Shown one piece after another: positions 10,099 through 19,954 of a stretch of DNA of 64,000 nt. The translations under genes were made by a program, and so were the position numbers. This DNA comes from an uncultured Nitrososphaerota archaeon. Lineage in GTDB: Archaea > Thermoproteota > EX4484-205 > JAAOZP01. The stretch is from the NCBI GenBank assembly GCA_964416155.1, contig CAYQCW010000002.1, forward strand, positions 178,215 to 242,214, written 5' to 3'. Position 1 is the stretch's first letter. Each line of letters begins with the position of its first letter. Under the pieces are notes generated by a model. It saw nothing but the letters and a program-made list of their open reading frames with translations, had not been told where the DNA came from and ran no database searches.

Positions 10099-11529
10099 TC
10101 AGCCTCGTCCAACCTCATCCACGAGATTGTTTTCAGAGTCGTAAAGCAGGATCCTTAGCGGCATTTCACCTATAGCATGGGTCGCGCAGCTTAGGCAAGG
10201 ATCTAGGGCGCGCACAACAGCCTCAACCCTGTTCAGCATTCCTTCACTGAGTCTCTGCCCATTAACGTATTTTTTAGCAACCTGCATCACAGCCCTGTTG
10301 AAAGCAAGATTATTGTTAACAGTGGCAATTATCAGGTTCACCCAGCTTATCCTACCCTGGTCGTCAACCCTATAGTGGTGGAAAAGAGTGCCCCTGGGAG
10401 CCTCAATGACTCCTGTGCCCTCCCTCCTGTTCAGGGAGGCTTTAGCCTGAACATTCGTTTCTAAAACCTCAGGGTCCCTGAGGATCTCCTCAGCCTTCTC
10501 AACGCAGTAGACTATTTCGATCAAGCGGGCATAGTGATACATGAAGGTGTTTTGAACAACGCCGTTGACACCAAGCTTCTTAAAATCCTTCAGAAGGTCG
10601 TCTGCAAGCCTCGTGCCGCAGCGCGAGGAAACGTTAAGCCTAGCTAACGGGCCGACTCTGTAGGCTCCTGCAGGGTAGCCTGCAGGCTTATAGTATGGGA
10701 ACTTCATGTAAGACCAGTCTTCAACAGCCTCACCGATGTATTCGAAGTATTTAGAAGGATCCAGCTGGTCCGCCACTATTTTTCCGTCTGGGCTCATTAT
10801 CCTTATCCTGCCGTCATAGTGCTCAAGCCCACCGTCCCGTGTGACGAGACCCATGTAGTAAGACGGGAAGTCTCCGAAGTTTTCAACATCATTCCTAAGG
10901 TTTTCAAGCGTTTTACTGAAGAGCGAGACAGCGTTTAAAGCGATCTCAACAGCCCTAGGAGCCTTGGAGAGAATCGCTTCAGCCTTTTCCTTGGAAAGCG
11001 GGGTTTTAACGCCTCCCGGCACAATCCAGTCGCTCGAGTGAATCCTTTTGCCTGCGAGGCTTTCAATAATGTTCTGTCCAAACTTTCTCAGCCACACTCC
11101 CTGCCTAGCGATCTCAGGATGCTTTTCGCCAAGGCCGAGAATGTTCCTTCTAGAAGGGTCTGAATCCATTCCGAGCAGAAAGTCTGGAGAGGAAAGATAG
11201 AAGAAGCTTAAAGCGTGAGACTGTATTATTTGACCCATGTGCATCAGCCTGCGCAGCAACACTGCTGTTCCAAGTGTTTCAACCGCAACAAGATCGTCGC
11301 ATGCTTTCGCGGAGGCGAGAAGGTGGCTTACTGGGCATATGCCGCATATCCTTGAAGTTATGCTCGGCATCTCGAAGAATGGTCTGCCCTCGCAGAATTT
11401 TTCAAAACCTCTGAAATCAGTTACGTGGAACCTGGCCTCTCTGACTGAGCCGTCGTCGTCAAGGTGTATCGTTATCTTTGCGTGCCCCTCTATCCTGGTG
11501 ACGGGGTTGACAAAAATCTCCCTAACCAT
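10099..11529 (-). CDS. hoxH: bidirectional NAD-linked [NiFe]-hydrogenase large subunit (group 3d)
   Basis: PVTRIEGHAKI, RGFEKFCEGRP, RICGICPVSH (L1), DPCLSCATH (L2) plus a 25-aa C-terminal extension. Sequence strongly resembles cyanobacterial HoxH. Confidence 0.92.
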   Translation of the reverse strand: MVREIFVNPVTRIEGHAKITIHLDDDGSVREARFHVTDFRGFEKFCEGRPFFEMPSITSRICGICPVSHLLASAKACDDLVAVETLGTAVLLRRLMHMGQIIQSHALSFFYLSSPDFLLGMDSDPSRRNILGLGEKHPEIARQGVWLRKFGQNIIESLAGKRIHSSDWIVPGGVKTPLSKEKAEAILSKAPRAVEIALNAVSLFSKTLENLRNDVENFGDFPSYYMGLVTRDGGLEHYDGRIRIMSPDGKIVADQLDPSKYFEYIGEAVEDWSYMKFPYYKPAGYPAGAYRVGPLARLNVSSRCGTRLADDLLKDFKKLGVNGVVQNTFMYHYARLIEIVYCVEKAEEILRDPEVLETNVQAKASLNRREGTGVIEAPRGTLFHHYRVDDQGRISWVNLIIATVNNNLAFNRAVMQVAKKYVNGQRLSEGMLNRVEAVVRALDPCLSCATHAIGEMPLRILLYDSENNLVDEVGRG

Positions 11530-11545
11530 TTTTCAAAACATCCTC

Positions 11546-12079
11546 CTAACCATACTTGAACCTGTCCTTTAAAACCGGAGTCTTGCCCCCCAGAAGCTCG
11601 TTTAAAACTTGGTTTATAAGCTCCGCGGATGGTGGGCAGCCTGGAACATAGGCGTCAACCTTAACAACCTCGTTTAAAGCAAGAACCCTCTTCAGGAGCC
11701 TGGGCACTTGTTTTGGAGCAGCCTGGTTAATGCTTGCGTTTTCAACGTACGCTTTTTTCAAAACCTCTTCATCACTGTTCCTCAGGCTGTTCCTCAGGGC
11801 TGTCACGTTCCCGTTTACAGCGCAGTCGCCGAGCGCTACGAGAATCTTACTGTTCCTCCTAATTTTTTTCAGAAGCTCAAGCTGCTCCTCGTTTCCAACA
11901 GCGCCTTCTAAGAGCGTAACGTCAACGTTTTCGGGGAAATCCTTAACGTCAGCGATTGGGCTGTAGACAAGCTCTATCTTCTCAGCCAGCTCAAGAACCT
12001 TCTCATCCTGATCTAGAAAGGACATGTGGCATCCTGAGCAGCCGCTTAGCCATACTGTTGCCAGCCTCACCTTAGCCAA
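11546..12079 (-). CDS. hoxY: bidirectional hydrogenase small subunit
   Basis: ATVWLSGCSGCHMSFLD, GDCA, PGCPP. Short (177 aa) single-cluster form typical of HoxY. Confidence 0.92.
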   Translation of the reverse strand: MAKVRLATVWLSGCSGCHMSFLDQDEKVLELAEKIELVYSPIADVKDFPENVDVTLLEGAVGNEEQLELLKKIRRNSKILVALGDCAVNGNVTALRNSLRNSDEEVLKKAYVENASINQAAPKQVPRLLKRVLALNEVVKVDAYVPGCPPSAELINQVLNELLGGKTPVLKDRFKYG

Positions 12080-12853
12080 CTATTTCCAACTCCTTCTTTC
12101 CATTATTAAGGAGACAAGATCCTTCTTCTTAACCTCTGAAAGAGGCTTACCCTTAACGTAGAGCGCTCCAACAGGGCATACTGCCGAGCATTTTCCGCAG
12201 GAGGTACAGGATTGCGCGAAACCCCAGTTTTCATCCAGGTCGAAAATAACCTTAGAGTTCTTACCCCTGAGCATCAGGTCTAAAGTATGCACGCCCTCAA
12301 CCTCGTCGCAAACCCTGATGCAGCGCGTGCAACGAATGCACCTGTTAGGGTCGTACGCGAACCTCTCGTGAGTAAGATCTACCTCATAGTCCGTCCAGTC
12401 TCTGTCAACTCTGAGATGGTCAACCCCCAGCTCCGTGGCGAGCTGCTGCAGCTCACAGCTTCCGTTGGCAACGCAGACCGAGCAGACATGAGGCCTCTCA
12501 GCTAGGAGAAGCTCCACAGCCCATTTCCGGTAGCGCCTAAGCCTCTCCGAATCAGTAAACACCTCCATTCCTTCAGCCACAGGTGTGATGCATGAGGCGA
12601 AGAGCCTTGGAGAGCCCTTAAGCTCAACCACGCAGAGCCTGCATCCGCCGAATGAAGAGACCCCTTCAAGGTAGCATAACGCTGGAACATATATCCCGTT
12701 CTTCTTCGCAACGGCAAGAATAGTTTCCCCTTCTTTCGCAACCACCTTCCTCCCGCCGATAGTGAGCTCTATAGGCCTACTCAACTCCGCCACCTCCACC
12801 GTTCCTGAAGCATTTGCCCGCGGGACACCTATTCTCAACCACGTGTTTAGCAT
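12080..12853 (-). CDS. hoxU: diaphorase Fe-S subunit HoxU (NuoG N-terminal-like); true start probably ~12790
   Basis: PALC...GGCRLCVVE...ASC [2Fe-2S], HVCSVC..C, CIRCTRCIRVC and CTSCGKCSAVCP [4Fe-4S] motifs. Confidence 0.9.
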   Translation of the reverse strand: MLNTWLRIGVPRANASGTVEVAELSRPIELTIGGRKVVAKEGETILAVAKKNGIYVPALCYLEGVSSFGGCRLCVVELKGSPRLFASCITPVAEGMEVFTDSERLRRYRKWAVELLLAERPHVCSVCVANGSCELQQLATELGVDHLRVDRDWTDYEVDLTHERFAYDPNRCIRCTRCIRVCDEVEGVHTLDLMLRGKNSKVIFDLDENWGFAQSCTSCGKCSAVCPVGALYVKGKPLSEVKKKDLVSLIMERRSWK

Positions 12854-14426
12854 ACTCGTCCCTGAAGTATCTGAGCGTCGTCAGGGTCGGGTTTGGCGCT
12901 GTCTGACCTAGGCCGCATAGGCTAGCCTCCTTGATGAACTCGCAAAGGTCCTCAACCTTCGAGAAGTCTTCAACACCTCCTTCCATCCGCGTGAAGCCGT
13001 CGAGAATCTTGAAAAGCTTGCAGAGACCCGTTCTACAAGGAGTACACTTGCCGCAGGACTCGTCCATACAGAACTCTGTGAAGAACTTCGCCGTGTCAAC
13101 CATGCACGACGCGTCGTCCAGCACAACTATCCCTCCGGAGCCCATTATGGCCCCCGCTTTAGTAAGCGACTCATAGTCTATCGGGAGGTCGAGAAGCTGC
13201 TCAGGCAGGAATCCTCCCGAGGGCCCGCCTACTTGAACAGCCTTGAAACGCCTCCCCGGCGGCACGCCCCCACCTATTTCGAACACAACCTCCCTCAGGG
13301 TTATGCCCATCGGGACTTCGATCAAACCCGGGTTATTCACCTTGCCGGTGAGCGAGAAGCATTTCGTCCCGGTGCAGTTCTTCGAGCCTATGCTCGAGAA
13401 CCATTCGCTACCCTTAAGCAGTATTACTGGAACATTCGCCAGAGTCTCCACGTTGTTTATCAGAGTAGGCTTCCCCCAGAGGCCTGTCTGTGCAGGGTAG
13501 GGAGGCCTAGGCCTAGGCATGGCTCTACGGCCCTCTATTGATGCCAGTATTGCTGTCTCCTCACCGGCTATGAATGCTCCCGCGCCAAGCCTAAGCTCAA
13601 CGTGGAAGCTGAAAGAAGTCTCGAAAATATTCTCGCCAAGCAGACCCATGCTCTTGGCGGCCTCAATAGCATTCTTAAGCGTCTGGACAGCTAACGGGTA
13701 TTCGCTGCGCACGTATATGTAACCTTTCTGAGAGCCTACGGCGTAGGCAGCTATGGTCATGCCCTCCAGTATAGCGTGGGGGTCAGCCTCGGCAAGCGTA
13801 CGGTTCGCGAAAACACCCGGATCACCCTCGTCCAAGTTCGCTATCAAATATTTCGGAGAACCCGAGGCCCTCGCAACGTACCTCCACTTCAAACCTGTCA
13901 GGAAACCGGCGCCCCCACGCCCTTTCAACCCGCTTAAGGCAACTTCTTCGATCACACCCTCAGGAGTCATCCTGGTTAAGGCTTTGAGAAGCGCGTAATA
14001 GCCACCTACAGCGATGTAATCCTCTATCCTTAAAGGATCTATTTTACCGGCGTTCCTCAAGACGATTCGAAGCTGCTTCTTGAAGAAGGCTTCGTTGCTG
14101 TACAGCATGCTTCTGATAGGCCTGCCGTTAACGATATGCTCTTTAACTATCTCCCTAGCCCTCTCGGGAGTAACGTTCTGATAAAGGTAGTCGCCAGGAT
14201 CCACGAGGACCGCTGGTGCGAGAGAACACGTCCCTATGCAACCCGTTCTTCCAACGTAGCACTCCTCCACCCCAAATTCTCTTACAGCATCCTTGAAAGA
14301 GCTTAAAACCTTCAGGGCTCCGAAAGGCATACAGCCGCTTGAACAGCAAACGTTTATCCTGTACCTGTATGACTTACGGAGCTCTGACTCCTTCTGGGCG
14401 AGACTGCGGAGCTCATCTGGCTTCAA
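12777..14426 (-). CDS. hoxF: diaphorase NADH/FMN-binding subunit HoxF (NuoF-like)
   Basis: N-terminal thioredoxin-like [2Fe-2S] domain, GLKGRGGAGF, DEGDPG, GAGAFIAGEETA, NNVETLAN, ESCGKCTPCRTG. Confidence 0.92.
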   Translation of the reverse strand: MKPDELRSLAQKESELRKSYRYRINVCCSSGCMPFGALKVLSSFKDAVREFGVEECYVGRTGCIGTCSLAPAVLVDPGDYLYQNVTPERAREIVKEHIVNGRPIRSMLYSNEAFFKKQLRIVLRNAGKIDPLRIEDYIAVGGYYALLKALTRMTPEGVIEEVALSGLKGRGGAGFLTGLKWRYVARASGSPKYLIANLDEGDPGVFANRTLAEADPHAILEGMTIAAYAVGSQKGYIYVRSEYPLAVQTLKNAIEAAKSMGLLGENIFETSFSFHVELRLGAGAFIAGEETAILASIEGRRAMPRPRPPYPAQTGLWGKPTLINNVETLANVPVILLKGSEWFSSIGSKNCTGTKCFSLTGKVNNPGLIEVPMGITLREVVFEIGGGVPPGRRFKAVQVGGPSGGFLPEQLLDLPIDYESLTKAGAIMGSGGIVVLDDASCMVDTAKFFTEFCMDESCGKCTPCRTGLCKLFKILDGFTRMEGGVEDFSKVEDLCEFIKEASLCGLGQTAPNPTLTTLRYFRDEYAKHVVENRCPAGKCFRNGGGGGVE

Positions 14427-14931
14427 CCATCTCAGCCTCCAGAACAGCCCTAACTCTTTTCAAAACGTTTTCAGCCGTCGCCTTTCCAACAGTCTCCCCA
14501 TCCACAATAGCGTTGGGAGCCATTGCGCACGCACCTATACACCTCGTCACGAATAGTGAAAGCCTCCCGTCGCTCGTCGTCCCCCCGCGTTTAACGTTAA
14601 ACTCCCTCTCGACGGCTGAAACAATATCTTCAGCGCCTTTAACGTAGCAGGCTGTCCCCATGCAAACCGTCACGACATGCGTACCAGGCTTCTTGAGCTT
14701 GAAAATGTTATAGAAGGTTGTGACACCGTAGACGTGGCTCGGGGGGAGGCGGAGGAGCTTTGAGATATGCAGCAGGAGGTCCTTATCTAAATACCCGTAG
14801 AGCTCCTGAGCAGTGTGAAGAATCTCCAGGAGAGCATCCTTACTGTACTGATGCTGCTTAATAGCCGCTTCAAGCATCAAGAGGCGTCTGTCGCTCTTCA
14901 AACCGGTTTCTCGAACCCCTGAACCAGGCAT
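14413..14931 (-). CDS. hoxE: diaphorase [2Fe-2S] subunit HoxE (NuoE-like)
   Basis: LHTAQELYGYL, VYGVTTFY, CMGTACYVKG, RCIGACAMAP. Confidence 0.9.
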   Translation of the reverse strand: MPGSGVRETGLKSDRRLLMLEAAIKQHQYSKDALLEILHTAQELYGYLDKDLLLHISKLLRLPPSHVYGVTTFYNIFKLKKPGTHVVTVCMGTACYVKGAEDIVSAVEREFNVKRGGTTSDGRLSLFVTRCIGACAMAPNAIVDGETVGKATAENVLKRVRAVLEAEMVEAR

Positions 14932-15093
14932 TGCACAGCCGTCGAACCGGTTAACAGCCTAATATTTAAGAATTTAGCTGTCTTCGTTTACCGCTGACGA
15001 GGCAAGCTTGTTTCCACGAGTTTGAAAGAGATTTTTCATCAGAGGCTTGAATAAAGGTTTATAAAAAAGCAATGTAATGGATTGCAAGCAAAA
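14932..15093. promoter_or_regulatory. divergent promoter region of the hox and hyd operons
   Basis: AAAGGTTTATAAAA (BRE/TATA-like, ~15052-15065) before hydB. Minus-strand TTAAATA (~14964-14970) before hoxE. Confidence 0.55.
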
Positions 15094-16122
15094 ATGTCGT
15101 TCATAATCAAGAGGGAGGAGATTCCCCATTTCTCGAGACACATAGTCTCCAAAGGTTACACTCTTTTCGCGCCTGTTAAAGGAGAGGTGAGGCATTACTT
15201 TAAGAAGATGAGTGAGGATCGGATTGAAGACATTTCGCTTGATTTCGTTAGAACCACAATGCCCCCTTTAAAAACCCTGTTGATACCCCCTAGGGAAAAC
15301 CTGTTCAAGATTAAAGACGGGAGGATCGAGGAGACGTTTCCCGACGCAGACAGCAGGACCGTGATACTGGGTGTTCACCCCTGCGACGTGAACGCGATGA
15401 ACCATCTTGAAAGAGTCTACATGGATCGTCCTAAGGACCCTTACTTCGAGGCTAGAAGGAGAAGCCTTCTCGTGATAGCTTTAAACTGTAAGAATGCTGA
15501 CGAGTACTGTTTCTGCACATCCTTCGGAACAGGACCCCCGCTCGAAGAAGGATTCGACCTTCTACTGACAGACTTAGGAAACAGGTTCCTGCTGGAAGTA
15601 GGCTCCAGGAGGGGGTCTGAACTGGTCAGCGACTTCTACATGCCCCGGGCCAAAAGCACGGATATTCTGGAGAAGGATGAGACGATAAGGACGATGAAAA
15701 GCATGATAAGGAGGCATGTGAACACCGGTGGGCTCCAGAGGATAATGTCGGGAGCACTTTACAACCCTATTTGGAACGAGCTCGCGAGCAAGTGCACGGG
15801 CTGCGGTGCCTGCAACATGGTTTGCCCAACATGCTTCTGCTTCAACATGGTGGATGTGCCGGAGCTCGACTCAGGCAGCATTTTGAGGATGAGAACATGG
15901 GACGGCTGCTTATTGTGGGAGTATGCTGAAGTGGCTTTGGGCGGGAACTTCAGGAGAGACTTGTCAAGCAGGATCAGGCAGTTCATCAACCATAAGATGA
16001 ACTATTGGCTGAACCAGTATGGCTCCCTGGGGTGCGTGGGATGCGGGAGATGCGTGGAGCAGTGCCCCGCGGGAATAGATATAACTAGGGTTGTCGCTAG
16101 GCTGAGGGGTGAGTCGCCGTGA
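15082..16122 (+). CDS. hydB: group 3b sulfhydrogenase beta (Fe-S) subunit; likely ATG at 15094
   Basis: GVHPCD, CFCTSFGTGP, CTGCGACNMVCPTCFCF, GCVGCGRCVEQCP; AsrA-like. Confidence 0.88.
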   Translation: MQAKMSFIIKREEIPHFSRHIVSKGYTLFAPVKGEVRHYFKKMSEDRIEDISLDFVRTTMPPLKTLLIPPRENLFKIKDGRIEETFPDADSRTVILGVHPCDVNAMNHLERVYMDRPKDPYFEARRRSLLVIALNCKNADEYCFCTSFGTGPPLEEGFDLLLTDLGNRFLLEVGSRRGSELVSDFYMPRAKSTDILEKDETIRTMKSMIRRHVNTGGLQRIMSGALYNPIWNELASKCTGCGACNMVCPTCFCFNMVDVPELDSGSILRMRTWDGCLLWEYAEVALGGNFRRDLSSRIRQFINHKMNYWLNQYGSLGCVGCGRCVEQCPAGIDITRVVARLRGESP

Positions 16123-16958
16123 GCAGCGAGTTCGAAAACCCTTACGCACCTGCTTTCGCGAAAGTCGTGGACTTTAGAGATGAGAACTCCACAACCAGGA
16201 CCTTCACCCTGAGCATGGTGAACGGGGAGGCTTTAAGGTTTAGGCCAGGCCAGTTCGACATAGTCTCCTACTTCGGGGTTGGAGAATCCGCCTTCTCAAT
16301 CTGTTCAAGCCCAGAGGAGAGAAACATGTTCGAAAATACTGTGAGAAGAGTCGGCAGAGTCACCACAGCGCTCTTCAACGTTAAGCCTGGGGAAAGGCTG
16401 GGAATTAGAGGACCCTATGGAAAACCGTGGCCGCTTGAGAAGGCTGCTGAAAACGACCTTATACTGATTGCTGGAGGCATGGGCCTAGCCCCCTTGAGGC
16501 CAGTCATACATTACGTTGCTAGACACAGGGATCTCTATGGCTCCGTGGACATACTGTACGGAGCAAGAACCCCGGGCGACATGATATACACTTACGAGTT
16601 CGACTCGTGGAGGAATATTCCTAATGTTCGCCTCTACCTGACCGTGGACTATGTTCCTCCGGCCACTCTGTGGGAGCACGATGTCGGGGTTGTGACTGAA
16701 CTATTAAGGTACGTGAAGCCCAGGACGCGTTACACCACCGTCTTCATATGCGGTCCAGAGGTGATGATGAAGTTCACTGCGCAACTGCTGCTCAGAATGG
16801 GCTTCTACCCATCCGAGGTCTATCTTTCACTAGAGAGGAGGATGAAATGTGGAATAGGGAAGTGCGGACACTGTCAGATAGGCTACAAGTATGTTTGCAA
16901 GGACGGACCCGTCTTCAACTTGGAGGAGATAGGGCTGCTCCCGGATGTTATTGAGTGA
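16119..16958 (+). CDS. hydG: group 3b sulfhydrogenase gamma (FAD/NAD(P)) subunit
   Basis: PGQF, RGPYG, AGGMGLAPLR, CGPEVMM, ERRMKCGIGKCGHC...CKDGPVF. Confidence 0.9.
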   Translation: MSSEFENPYAPAFAKVVDFRDENSTTRTFTLSMVNGEALRFRPGQFDIVSYFGVGESAFSICSSPEERNMFENTVRRVGRVTTALFNVKPGERLGIRGPYGKPWPLEKAAENDLILIAGGMGLAPLRPVIHYVARHRDLYGSVDILYGARTPGDMIYTYEFDSWRNIPNVRLYLTVDYVPPATLWEHDVGVVTELLRYVKPRTRYTTVFICGPEVMMKFTAQLLLRMGFYPSEVYLSLERRMKCGIGKCGHCQIGYKYVCKDGPVFNLEEIGLLPDVIE

Positions 16959-17719
16959 GGTGGCTGAGAATGGTGGATAAGCTGAAGGTTGGCGTCTTCA
17001 AGCTCACGTCCTGCTCAGGATGCCAGATGGTTCTAGTCCACTTGGAGGAAAGCCTGCTTGAAGTCCTTAAGCATGTTGAGCTGAAGTATTTCAGAATGGT
17101 TAGCGACGACAATCTCCCGAACGACCCTCTGGATGCGGCCATAGTTGAGGGAGCAGTTACCAACGAGGAGGAAGCAGCAATGTTGAAAAGGATTAGGAGG
17201 ATGTCAAGGTTCCTGGTTGCAGCTGGAGCCTGCGCAGTCACCGGTGGGGTAAATGCGATGAAGAACATTACTCCCGAGGGAGAAATTGAGAGCACGGTTT
17301 ACCCTTCGCCTGAACACGTGAGGTCTGGGAAAGCATACGGGTTGAACGAGTACGTCGCAGTCGACGCATATCTCTACGGGTGTCCGATAGACAGGAGTGA
17401 GCTGGTCAACGCGCTTATGTCGCTGGTGCTGTGCGTCCCACCGTACATACCTGGTTTAACGGTTTGCATGGAGTGCAAGACGAAGGGCAACGAGTGTGTT
17501 TTCCTCACGAGAAAGGAGCCGTGCCTCGGCCCGGTTGCGGTGGGAGGCTGCGGCGCACTATGCCCCTCCAACAATGTAGCCTGTGAGGGCTGTCGGGATG
17601 TTTTAAAGGGCACTAACGTGAGCGGGCTGGTTTCAGCTTGGAAGAACGCTGGGGTAAACCCTGAGCTCATCCAGCTGAAGCTCAGAAAGTACAGTGTTTA
17701 CCCGGTTTCAGGAAGGTGA
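16955..17719 (+). CDS. hydD: group 3b hydrogenase small (delta) subunit
   Basis: TSCSGCQ, GACAVTGG, GCP, VCMECK...CLGPV...CGALCP...CEGCR. Confidence 0.9.
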   Translation: MRWLRMVDKLKVGVFKLTSCSGCQMVLVHLEESLLEVLKHVELKYFRMVSDDNLPNDPLDAAIVEGAVTNEEEAAMLKRIRRMSRFLVAAGACAVTGGVNAMKNITPEGEIESTVYPSPEHVRSGKAYGLNEYVAVDAYLYGCPIDRSELVNALMSLVLCVPPYIPGLTVCMECKTKGNECVFLTRKEPCLGPVAVGGCGALCPSNNVACEGCRDVLKGTNVSGLVSAWKNAGVNPELIQLKLRKYSVYPVSGR

Positions 17720-17725
17720 TTAAGC

Positions 17726-19012
17726 ATGGTTGACAGGACTATAGTCTACGATTACATAAGCAGGGTTGAGGGACAGGGTTCTCTCGAGGTCACTGTCTCA
17801 AACGGGAAGGTTTCGGATGTGAAGCTGAAGATATTTGAAGCGCCAAGGTTCTTTGAAGCATTCTTAAGGGGGAGGAATGCTCTTGAGCTTCCTGAATTAG
17901 CCTCTAGGATATGCGGCATATGCCCAATATCCCATGTCATAACCGCAGCCAAGGCTGTGGAGAACGCTCTTGAAGTTTCTCTAGATGAGAGGACTATAGC
18001 GTTAAGGAAGGCGCTCGCCCTCTCGGGAATAATGCAGAGCCATGCCCTCCACATATACTTCCTCGCAGCCCCGGACTTCCTAGGCTACCCGAGCGCGATA
18101 GCAGCCTCAAAGGATCTCGCGGATGTTGTCCGCAGAGGCTTTAGGCTTAAGAGGGTGGCGAACATGGTTTCTGAATACATAGGTGGGAGGGCTGTGCACC
18201 CCGTTACGCTTACGGTGGGAGGCTTCACGAGGCCCCCGTCTGCTGAGAGGCTAGAGGAGATTGTCAAGGCCCTCGACGATGCTTCCGAAGACGCTTTCGA
18301 AACCGTTAAGCTGGTTTCAGGCTTCAAGTACCCCGAGTTTGAGCCCAACCATGTTAACGTTGCGCTCTCAAGTGGAGACGGCTATGCGATAACAGAGGGC
18401 GTTGCGAAGACTAGTTCCGGAGAATACTTTGAAGGCAGGGACTACAGGGGACATGTGTCTGAGGAACAGGTTCCTCATTCAAACACCAAGAGGTCGATGC
18501 TGAAAAACAATAGCTCCTTCAAAGTAGGCCCGGTTTCAAGATTCAACCTTAACCATGACTCGCTGTGCGACATGGCTAAGGAGGCTGCTGAAAAAGCTGG
18601 TCTTAAGCCGCCTGTGAGAAACCCGTTTAAATCCACGGTCGTCAGGGCTGTTGAGATAGTGCAGGCGATAGAGGAGATGAGAAGCATACTGGAGGGAGGT
18701 GTGAATATTCCGCCCCCGCGGAAAACTAGGTTCCGCCAGAGCACGGGGGCAGCGTTGACCGAGGCCCCTAGAGGACTACTGTATCACTCGTACGCTATTG
18801 ACAGGGATGGCAAAGTTTTGAACGCGGACATTGTTACTCCGACCGCCCACAATTCTTGGAGAATAGAGAAGGACATTTTTGAACTTGTGCCGTCAGTAGC
18901 CCACTTGGATGAAGATGCCCTAAGAAGTCTTCTCGGAATGCTTGTGAGAGCATACGATCCCTGCATATCCTGCTCGGTCCACGCCTTCACTGTTAAGCTT
19001 ACCAGAAAGTAG
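17726..19012 (+). CDS. hydA: group 3b [NiFe]-hydrogenase large (alpha) subunit
   Basis: SRVEG, EAPRFFE, RICGICPISH, EAPRGLLYH, DPCISCSVH plus a 9-aa extension. Confidence 0.92.
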   Translation: MVDRTIVYDYISRVEGQGSLEVTVSNGKVSDVKLKIFEAPRFFEAFLRGRNALELPELASRICGICPISHVITAAKAVENALEVSLDERTIALRKALALSGIMQSHALHIYFLAAPDFLGYPSAIAASKDLADVVRRGFRLKRVANMVSEYIGGRAVHPVTLTVGGFTRPPSAERLEEIVKALDDASEDAFETVKLVSGFKYPEFEPNHVNVALSSGDGYAITEGVAKTSSGEYFEGRDYRGHVSEEQVPHSNTKRSMLKNNSSFKVGPVSRFNLNHDSLCDMAKEAAEKAGLKPPVRNPFKSTVVRAVEIVQAIEEMRSILEGGVNIPPPRKTRFRQSTGAALTEAPRGLLYHSYAIDRDGKVLNADIVTPTAHNSWRIEKDIFELVPSVAHLDEDALRSLLGMLVRAYDPCISCSVHAFTVKLTRK

Positions 19013-19056
19013 GGCTCAGAAGCAACATGCTTTCTTCAAATTTCTCATTCTCCCTT

Positions 19057-19563
19057 TTAAAGACCTAAAAACGCCGCGGCTTCACGTATAGCCATAGCTA
19101 TTTCATCAACAATCTTAAGACATTCGTCGGAAATCGTTGTGCCGAGCTCAAAGTTCTCCACGCCTACTCCAAGAACTTTAACACTTGTCTCCACTGGTTT
19201 CCCCAAAGCCTCTAGAAGCAGGGGAAGCGGAATCGCGTGCGTCGAAACCGGTGTACGCGACACTAAGTCAGGAGGGTCCAAGAGCATCAGCCTCTTCCCG
19301 TCTGGAAAAGCATCTACAACCAGCAGGTGGGAAGGCTTTTTCTCAAAAGCATAGTCGATGCAGTCTTCAATCGAAACCCCGCACTCAACAGCCTCAAACC
19401 TTTCGCTGTTAAAACGCTTCAGAACCCTGGCTACTAGCACCCCAGCAGCATCGTCGCCCCTAAGCTCGTTCCCCACTCCCAGAACCATGAGTTTCCCGGC
19501 TCCAGACAACCATTCCCTCAAGCTCTCTCTAACCTTCTCGCATCGGAAGCCGTTGCCCTCCAT
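19057..19563 (-). CDS. hydrogenase maturation endopeptidase (HycI-like)
   Basis: GVGNELRGDDAAG, VDA, STHAIPL motifs; adjacent to hydA. Confidence 0.88.
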   Translation of the reverse strand: MEGNGFRCEKVRESLREWLSGAGKLMVLGVGNELRGDDAAGVLVARVLKRFNSERFEAVECGVSIEDCIDYAFEKKPSHLLVVDAFPDGKRLMLLDPPDLVSRTPVSTHAIPLPLLLEALGKPVETSVKVLGVGVENFELGTTISDECLKIVDEIAMAIREAAAFLGL

Positions 19564-19678
19564 GAATACGGCATGCCTGGAGGCAGCTTATTAGCGTTCT
19601 TAACGTCTTTCAGGGTTTACGTGCAGCTTAACGTTTCGCGAAAAAGCTATATATTTTAGAGGCCTGCTTAAAAACGGG

Positions 19679-19954
19679 TTGAGTGAGGAAAAGGTTTACG
19701 TGGGTAGCGTGAGGCACTTCTTACCAAGGATCAGCGTCGCTATAGTCGACCTGGTTGGGGAGCTTAAGACCGGTGATGAGATACTTATTCAGGGCAGGAC
19801 GACGAGCCTCAGGCAGAGGGTTGGGTCTATGGAGATAGAGCATAAGAGGGTTGAAGTTGCTCCAGCCGGCAGCTCAATAGGCTTGAAGACTGTTGAAAGG
19901 GTTAGGGAGGGGGACAGCGTCTACGTGGTTAAGACTTCAGCCCAAGCTCCCTGA
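19679..19954 (+). CDS. small translation-elongation-factor-like beta-barrel protein
   Basis: VGSVRHF.PRISVA...LKTGDEI.I.G.TT...Q.V.SMEI...IGLK...VREGD.VY pattern. Confidence 0.75.
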   Translation: MSEEKVYVGSVRHFLPRISVAIVDLVGELKTGDEILIQGRTTSLRQRVGSMEIEHKRVEVAPAGSSIGLKTVERVREGDSVYVVKTSAQAP

